DNA of 20,991 bases, taken from Candidatus Hydrogenedentota bacterium. GTDB lineage: Bacteria > Hydrogenedentota > Hydrogenedentia > Hydrogenedentales > SLHB01. Positions 15,085 to 20,991 of the stretch are shown in pieces (the stretch's first letter is position 1; the number at the start of each line of letters is the position of its first letter). The notes under the pieces are model-generated. The model did no database searches and was not told the DNA's origin. It saw nothing but the letters and a program-made list of their open reading frames with translations. The position numbers and the translations under genes were made by a program. The stretch covers positions 1 through 20,991 of the forward strand of contig JARKSN010000225.1 of the NCBI GenBank assembly GCA_029974275.1, read 5' to 3'.

Positions 15085-17182
15085 GCTGCTCGAAAACAAA
15101 TGCTGCACAGAATGCTGGCATGGCGCGGACAAACCGTGCCCCGACCTGATCGATTGTCTCGTCGGCCCTCCCGTGTGCCATGCCTCCGGGGCCTGCGAAG
15201 ACGCGCACCGTCACACTATCGCCCGTTTGCGCCGGGAAGAGGTAACGCGCACGGTCATTTACGTCGGCGCGGGCACGTGCGGCTTGGGCGCGGGCGCGGG
15301 CAAGACGCTCATGGCCATTCGCGAGCACTTGGCGAACAAGCGGATCGAGGCGGACATCGTCGAGGTGGGATGCATTGGCATGTGCTCGGCGGAACCCTTG
15401 ATGGATATTCAGCTTCCAGGGCGCACGCGCGTTTCGTTTCAGGGCGTCACGGCAGACAAGGTCGATGATTTGCTCGACAGAACCTTCAAGGGCGAGATTC
15501 CCGAAGCGAACCTGCTGGGGCAATTCCGGAATCAGGCGCTGAAGGCGTGGCCTGGCGTGCCCTATCTGGAGGAACATCCTTTCTTCGCGCCGCAAACACG
15601 CTGGGTCCTGGCCAATTGCGGCATCATCGACCCGGCATCGATCGACGAATACATCGCGTTCGGCGGCTACAAGGCTCTTGCGAACGCATTGCGCGGCATG
15701 ACGCCGCCGGAAGTGTGCGACGCCGTCGAAAAAGCCGGCCTCCGGGGACGTGGGGGCGGCGGATTCCCGACGGGCACGAAGTGGAAATTCGCCCTGAAAA
15801 CCGAGAGTCATCAAAAATACATGGTCTGCAATGCCGACGAAGGCGACCCCGGGGCCTTTATGGACCGCGCAGTGATCGAAGGCGCGCCGCACCAATTACT
15901 GGAAGGCATGGCTATCGCCGCCTACGCCATCGGCGCGTCAAAGGCGTATGTGTACATCCGCGCGGAATACCCGCTCGCGATTCGCCGCTTGAAAGACGCC
16001 ATCGCCCAAGCCAAGCAGTACGGCCTGCTCGGCGAGAACATCCTCGACAGCGGGTTCAACTTGGAAATCGTCATCAAACAAGGCGCCGGCGCGTTCGTGT
16101 GCGGCGAAGAAACGGCCCTGTTGAACAGCATCGAAGGCAAACGCGGCATGCCGCGTCCGCGCCCGCCGTTCCCTGCCGTAAAAGGGCTTTTCGAAAAACC
16201 CACGGTCATAAACAACGTCGAGACCTTGGCCAACGTCCCGGGCATCATCGCCAACGGCGCGGAGTGGTTCGCGTCGGTCGGCACAGAAACCAGCAAAGGC
16301 ACCAAGGTGTTTGCACTGTCCGGCAAGGTCGCTCGCACCGGACTGGTTGAAGTCGCCATGGGCACTACGATCCGTGAAGTCGTGTTCGATGTCGGCGGCG
16401 GCATTCCCAATGGCCGCGCCTACAAAGCCGTGCAAATCGGCGGGCCTTCCGGCGGCTGCATTCCGACCCAGCACCTCGATATCAAAGTCGACTACGAATC
16501 CCTCAAGACCGTCGGCGCGATGATGGGTTCCGGCGGACTGGTCGTGATGGACGACGCCACCTGCATGGTGGACGTCGCGAAGTTCTTCATGGAGTTCATC
16601 CAGCGCGAAAGCTGCGGCAAATGCATTCCCTGCCGAGAAGGCACGCGCCGGATCCTGGAGATACTCGAACGCATCGTGAAAGGACGCCGGGGAGAGTCGG
16701 GCATCGCTGCATTGGAGCGTTTTCACGGGGTTCTGTATCTCGAACGTCTCTCGAAGGTCATAAAAGACAGCAGTTTGTGCGGACTTGGCCAGACGGCCCC
16801 CAACCCGGTGCTGAGCACATTGCGCTGGTTCCGCGACGAGTACGAAGCGCACATCTACGAGCGGCGCTGTCCGGCGGGCGAATGCCAGGAACTGCGCACG
16901 TTCCAGATTGACCCCGAGAAATGCGACGGCTGCGGGTTGTGCGCGTCGCGGTGTCCGGCCGAAGGGGCGATTGTGGGGATGCGGCGCAAGATTCATTACA
17001 TCATCGATGACCGTTGCATCGGCTGCGGCACATGCGTCGATGCGTGCCCGCAGAAAGCCATCTCGCTGTCGATTCCCGTCGAAGAAACGACGGCGCCGGA
17101 AGATGGAACGGTGCAAGGCGTGTTCGCCGGCGGCGTATTCAGCAGTTGGAATCGCGGCAAGGCATTGTTCCGGAGCAAGTAG
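15074..17182 (+). CDS. hydB: [FeFe]-hydrogenase HydB/beta subunit (NuoF-like; FMN/NAD-binding, multiple Fe-S clusters)
   Basis: 'GLRGRGGGGFPTG', 'CNADEGDPGAFMDR', 'GAGAFVCGEETAL', 'GGPSGGC', 'ESCGKCIPCREG...SLCGLG', 'H.....CPAGEC' and two C-terminal CxxCxxCxxxCP motifs. Overlaps hydC by 11 nt. Confidence 0.95.
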   Translation: MSNKLLENKCCTECWHGADKPCPDLIDCLVGPPVCHASGACEDAHRHTIARLRREEVTRTVIYVGAGTCGLGAGAGKTLMAIREHLANKRIEADIVEVGCIGMCSAEPLMDIQLPGRTRVSFQGVTADKVDDLLDRTFKGEIPEANLLGQFRNQALKAWPGVPYLEEHPFFAPQTRWVLANCGIIDPASIDEYIAFGGYKALANALRGMTPPEVCDAVEKAGLRGRGGGGFPTGTKWKFALKTESHQKYMVCNADEGDPGAFMDRAVIEGAPHQLLEGMAIAAYAIGASKAYVYIRAEYPLAIRRLKDAIAQAKQYGLLGENILDSGFNLEIVIKQGAGAFVCGEETALLNSIEGKRGMPRPRPPFPAVKGLFEKPTVINNVETLANVPGIIANGAEWFASVGTETSKGTKVFALSGKVARTGLVEVAMGTTIREVVFDVGGGIPNGRAYKAVQIGGPSGGCIPTQHLDIKVDYESLKTVGAMMGSGGLVVMDDATCMVDVAKFFMEFIQRESCGKCIPCREGTRRILEILERIVKGRRGESGIAALERFHGVLYLERLSKVIKDSSLCGLGQTAPNPVLSTLRWFRDEYEAHIYERRCPAGECQELRTFQIDPEKCDGCGLCASRCPAEGAIVGMRRKIHYIIDDRCIGCGTCVDACPQKAISLSIPVEETTAPEDGTVQGVFAGGVFSSWNRGKALFRSK

Positions 17183-17230
17183 GGCCATCAACGCAGCGCC
17201 CGGACCCTCGCGGCGCATGAGGATACGCGA

Positions 17231-18955
17231 ATGACTACCACGATCGAAGTGAACGGACGCTCTGTCAAGGCAAAACCCGGCGAAATGCTTCTGGCTGCGC
17301 TGAAACGCTCGGGCGTCACCGTGCCGACATTGTGCAACATGGAAGGCCTGTTTCCCAGCGGCGCATGCCGCATGTGCGTCGTTGAACTGGAAGGGCGCCC
17401 AGGCTTGGTGCCGAGTTGTTCATGTCCCGTGACCGAGGGGATGAAAGTCCACACCCATTCCCCGCGGGCGCTCATGGCGCGCAAGACCATCGTCGAATTG
17501 CTGCTGGCCAACCATCCCGACGACTGCTTGTACTGCGTCCGCAACAACACATGCGATTTGCAGAATCTTGCGTCCGAGTTCGGCGTGCGTCAACGCCGCT
17601 ATGCGGGCGCCAAAAACTCGTACACGGAAGATGCATCGAGCCCCTCCATCGTGCGCGACCCTGCAAAATGCATTTTGTGCGGCAAATGCGTGCGCGTGTG
17701 CGAGGAGATTCAGGGCGTCTCGGCGATCGACTTCACGGGCCGCGGCAGTCAAGCCTGCATCGGCACGGCGTTTGACGAAGGCCTGAATGTATCGAGCTGC
17801 GTCAATTGCGGCCAATGCATCGTGGCGTGTCCAACGGGCGCGCTGCGCGAGCATAGCCACATCAAGGAAGTGGTCAACGCGCTCAAGAACCCAGACAAGA
17901 TCGTCGTGGTGCAACACGCGCCGAGCGTATCCGTAACCCTGGGTGAGGCATTCGGGATCAAGGCCGGCACGGACGTCAGCGGCATCATGACATCGGCCCT
18001 GCGGCAGCTTGGGTTTGACCGCGTGTTCGACACGTCCTTCAGCGCCGACCTCACCATCATGGAAGAGGCCAGCGAACTGGTCCACCGCGTGGCCAACGGC
18101 GGCAAGCTGCCGATGATGACGAGTTGCTCGCCGGGATGGATCAAGTACGTCGAAGAGTTTCACCCGGATTTCATGGAAAACCTCTCGACATGCAAAAGCC
18201 CGCAGCAGATGCTGGGCGCCATCATCAAAAGCTATTACGCCGAACGCGAGGGAATCGACCCGCGCAAAATTTTCAGCGTGGCCATCATGCCGTGCACGGC
18301 CAAGAAATTCGAAGCGGGCAGGCCGGAAATGATTCATGACGGCGTGGCCGACGTCGACGCCGTGCTGACGACGCGCGAATTGGCCCGCCTCATCCGCATG
18401 CGAGGGATCGCGATGCAGTCCCTTACGCCGGACATGCCCGACAATCCCTTCGGCGAGCGCAGCACGGCGGGCAAGCTGTTCGGCGCGACGGGCGGCGTGA
18501 TGGAAGCCGCGGTTCGCACGGCGCATTTTCTGATTACAGGCAAGGAACTCGAAGGACTCAAGGTTGAAGCGGTGCGCGGACTCGACGGCGTCAAGGAAGC
18601 CACGGTGAAAATGGGCGATCTGGAAGTGAACGTCGCCGTGGTCAGCGGGCTGCAAAACGCGGCCAACCTCTTGAAGGAAGTGAAGGCGGGACGCAAAAAC
18701 CTTCATTTCATCGAGGTGATGACGTGTCCGGGCGGTTGCATCAACGGCGGCGGACAGCCCTTCACGACCAACATGGATGCCGTGCGCGAGCGGATGCAGG
18801 CGCTGTATGCCATTGACCGAGACGAACCGGTGCGCACATCGCACGGCAATGCCTGGCTCAAGAAACTGTACGACGAATATCTTGGCGCCCCGTTGGGCAA
18901 AAAGAGCCATCGGCTGTTGCACACGCATTACGCCAAGCGCGAGGTGTTGCGCTGA
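17231..18955 (+). CDS. hydA: [FeFe]-hydrogenase catalytic subunit HydA (group A, multimeric type)
   Basis: N-terminal [2Fe-2S] (PTLC..GACRMC..SC), His-ligated [4Fe-4S] (HPDDCLYC.....C) and 2x[4Fe-4S]. H-cluster motifs 'TSCSPGW', 'MPCTAKKFE' and 'EVMTCPGGCINGGGQP'. C-terminal 'LLHTHY'. GAGG RBS at 17219-17222. Confidence 0.96.
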   Translation: MTTTIEVNGRSVKAKPGEMLLAALKRSGVTVPTLCNMEGLFPSGACRMCVVELEGRPGLVPSCSCPVTEGMKVHTHSPRALMARKTIVELLLANHPDDCLYCVRNNTCDLQNLASEFGVRQRRYAGAKNSYTEDASSPSIVRDPAKCILCGKCVRVCEEIQGVSAIDFTGRGSQACIGTAFDEGLNVSSCVNCGQCIVACPTGALREHSHIKEVVNALKNPDKIVVVQHAPSVSVTLGEAFGIKAGTDVSGIMTSALRQLGFDRVFDTSFSADLTIMEEASELVHRVANGGKLPMMTSCSPGWIKYVEEFHPDFMENLSTCKSPQQMLGAIIKSYYAEREGIDPRKIFSVAIMPCTAKKFEAGRPEMIHDGVADVDAVLTTRELARLIRMRGIAMQSLTPDMPDNPFGERSTAGKLFGATGGVMEAAVRTAHFLITGKELEGLKVEAVRGLDGVKEATVKMGDLEVNVAVVSGLQNAANLLKEVKAGRKNLHFIEVMTCPGGCINGGGQPFTTNMDAVRERMQALYAIDRDEPVRTSHGNAWLKKLYDEYLGAPLGKKSHRLLHTHYAKREVLR

Positions 18956-18985
18956 CCCGTCAGGTCTGCGCGCGGAGAAACGCAA

Positions 18986-20991
18986 ATGGTTCCGGGAATG
19001 GATATGCCGCTCATCACGACACGCCCCGAGTTCTGCCGGGCGTGCTACACGTGCGTGCGGGAATGCCCTGCCAAGGCGATCCGCATCGCCGAAGGCCAAG
19101 CGCAAGTGCTCCCGGACCGTTGCATCGCCTGCGGAAATTGCGTGCAGGTATGCAGCCAGCGGGCCAAGCAGGTCGCCAGCTCCGTCGGTTTTGTGACTGG
19201 GCTATTGCAGAGCGGCGCGCGCCTTGCCGCATGTCTGGCGCCGAGTTTTCCCGCCGAGTTTCCGTTCGCCGACCCGGCGCGCGTTGCGGGCATGATCAAG
19301 GCGCTGGGATTCGCATACGTGCACGACGTCGGTTTCGGCGCGGACCTTGTCTCGTTGCGGTACCGCCATCTCGTGGAAAACGCCCAGGGCCATCGCTACG
19401 TTGCGACGAATTGCCCCGCCATCGTGGGCTACGTCAAACGCTACCACCCCGAACTTGTCTCGGCCTTGGCTCCGCTGGTATCTCCGATGATCGCGATGGC
19501 GCGGGTGGCCCGTACGTTGCACGGCCCCGACGTCGGCATCGTGTTCATTGGTCCGTGCATCGCCAAAAAGGCGGAGGCCGCCGATCCGGATTTGCCGCGC
19601 GAGGTGGATGCCGTGCTGACATTTGCCGAGTTGCAGCAGATGTTGCTGGTCGGCGGCATAAAGCCGGAGAGCGTCGCCCCAGTGGATTTTGATCCGCCGA
19701 TCGGAGGTCTGGGAGGTCTGTTCCCCCTAAACCGCGGCATGCTCCAGGCGGCCAGCATCCATGAGGACCTGATCACCGGCGACGTGATTTCCGCTGAAGG
19801 ACGCGCCCATTTCGTCGAGGCGATAAAGGATTTTGAAGACGAAAACCTTGATGTATCCCTCCTCGAAGTGCTCTGCTGCAACGGCTGCATCATGGGCGCC
19901 GGCATGACGACGCATGCCTCCCTCTTCAATCGGCGGGCCCGCGTCAGCCAGAGCGTGCGCCGTCGCATGACCTCCTTTGACAAAGCCCAATGGTGGGGAC
20001 ACATGGAGCGTTTTGCGGGGCTTGATCTGTCGCGCACGTATAGCGCGTTCGACCAGCGAATCGCGCCGCCCTCCTTCGCCAAGCTCAGTGAAATCATGGC
20101 GCGCATGGGCAAGCATGGCCCCGAGGACGAACTGAACTGCGGCGCCTGCGGCTACGACACCAGCCGCGAACATGCGAGTGCAAAATTCAAGGGGCTGGCG
20201 GAAATCGAAATGTGTCTTCCCTTCGCCATCGAAAAACTGCGGAGCACGGTGAAGGATTTGGCCGTTTCCAACCAGCAATTGGCCGAAACCCAGGAAGCCC
20301 TGATGCAGTCCGAAAAACTGGCCAGCATGGGCCAACTGGCCGCGGGCATCGCTCACGAACTCAACAACCCCCTGGGCGTCGTGTTGATGTATGCCCATCT
20401 CATGTTGGACGAACACGAGCGCGATCCCAAGGTGCGCGAAGACCTTCAAATGATCAGCGATCAGGCCGACCGATGCAAAAAAATCGTGGCGGGCCTGCTG
20501 CACTTCGCCCGTCAAAACAAAGTCGATTTGGAACCTGCCGATCTGCGCGAGTGGGTGGCGGGGGCGCTGCGCTTGAATCCCGCTCCCGAAAACGTTAGCG
20601 TCCGCGTCGAGCATTGCGAGGCCGACTCGACGGTGGAGGCCGACGCCAGTCAGATGCTCCAGGTTTTGGCGAACCTGATTTGGAACGCATACGCCGCGAT
20701 GCCGGACGGCGGCGAACTCTCTATCCAGACCAACGGCGACGCGGAATGGGTGCGTATTGCCATCGCCGACACGGGCGTTGGAATTCCCAAGGAAAACATG
20801 GCGAAGGTTTTTGAGCCGTTCTTCACGACGAAAGAGAACGGCAAAGGCACAGGACTGGGGCTGGCGGTTTCGTACGGAATCGTGAAAATGCACCGAGGCT
20901 CTATCGACGTGATCTCCAACAGCGATCCCCAGATCGGCCCGACCGGCTCGACCTTTGTCGTAAAACTCCCCCGGCATGTAGTTTCGGAACC
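18986..20991 (+). CDS. Group C sensory [FeFe]-hydrogenase-histidine kinase fusion (3'-truncated by window edge; not in the ORF track)
   Basis: Translated by hand: ATG 18986 (GGAG at 18974-18977) stays open to the window end, at least 668 codons. MVPGMDMPLITTRPEFCRACYTCVRECPAKAI...CIACGNCVQVC gives 2x[4Fe-4S]. H-domain motifs are 'LAPSF', 'ATNCPAIV', 'GPCIAKKAE' and 'EVLCCNGCIMGAG'. These are followed by an Fe-S motif 'NCGACGYDTSRE...EMCLP', a coiled coil, 'AGIAHELNNPL', 'NLIWNAYAAM', 'DTGVGI' and 'FEPFFTTK..GTGLGL'. Confidence 0.92.
   Translation, partial: MVPGMDMPLITTRPEFCRACYTCVRECPAKAIRIAEGQAQVLPDRCIACGNCVQVCSQRAKQVASSVGFVTGLLQSGARLAACLAPSFPAEFPFADPARVAGMIKALGFAYVHDVGFGADLVSLRYRHLVENAQGHRYVATNCPAIVGYVKRYHPELVSALAPLVSPMIAMARVARTLHGPDVGIVFIGPCIAKKAEAADPDLPREVDAVLTFAELQQMLLVGGIKPESVAPVDFDPPIGGLGGLFPLNRGMLQAASIHEDLITGDVISAEGRAHFVEAIKDFEDENLDVSLLEVLCCNGCIMGAGMTTHASLFNRRARVSQSVRRRMTSFDKAQWWGHMERFAGLDLSRTYSAFDQRIAPPSFAKLSEIMARMGKHGPEDELNCGACGYDTSREHASAKFKGLAEIEMCLPFAIEKLRSTVKDLAVSNQQLAETQEALMQSEKLASMGQLAAGIAHELNNPLGVVLMYAHLMLDEHERDPKVREDLQMISDQADRCKKIVAGLLHFARQNKVDLEPADLREWVAGALRLNPAPENVSVRVEHCEADSTVEADASQMLQVLANLIWNAYAAMPDGGELSIQTNGDAEWVRIAIADTGVGIPKENMAKVFEPFFTTKENGKGTGLGLAVSYGIVKMHRGSIDVISNSDPQIGPTGSTFVVKLPRHVVSE

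Noticed and set aside
14587..17182. Respiratory complex I nuoE/nuoF genes
   Set aside because: They are followed by an H-cluster protein rather than nuoG or membrane subunits, and HydB has the extra Fe-S domains of HydABC.
15938..20977. Long minus-strand ORFs (15938-17218, 17420-19105, 19727-20977)
   Set aside because: They lie antisense to well-supported hyd genes, have no recognisable motifs and are typical shadow ORFs of GC-rich coding DNA.
1..20991. CRISPR arrays, IS/transposases, integrases, tRNA/rRNA genes
   Set aside because: No regularly spaced repeats, terminal inverted repeats, recombinase motifs or RNA-gene signatures were seen by eye.

Overview
GC-rich bacterial chromosomal window, probably from an anaerobe. 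No mobile element, CRISPR array or RNA gene was recognised. The left part carries a 5'-truncated Gfo/Idh/MocA oxidoreductase, a UroD/MtaA-fold protein and a 1443-aa hybrid sensor kinase (beta-propeller/Y_Y_Y-GAF-PAS-HisKA-HATPase-REC) that appears to lack both signal peptide and TM helix. It also carries an ankyrin-repeat putative lipoprotein, an NCS2/AzgA-type nucleobase permease and a 1363-aa exported GH138-like plus alpha/beta-hydrolase fusion whose catalytic residues appear substituted. The right part is a tightly coupled operon. A sigma70 promoter with an adjacent perfect Rex operator precedes rex, hydC, hydB and hydA (heterotrimeric, probably electron-bifurcating [FeFe]-hydrogenase). These are followed by a gene absent from the ORF track (18986 to beyond the window end) encoding a group C sensory [FeFe]-hydrogenase fused directly to a histidine kinase. 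The best leads are this dual NADH/H2-sensing hydrogenase operon, its unusual Fe-S ligand variants, the apparently cytoplasmic HTCS-type sensor and the doubly inactivated CAZyme fusion. All family assignments rest on motif recognition by eye; no searches were run.
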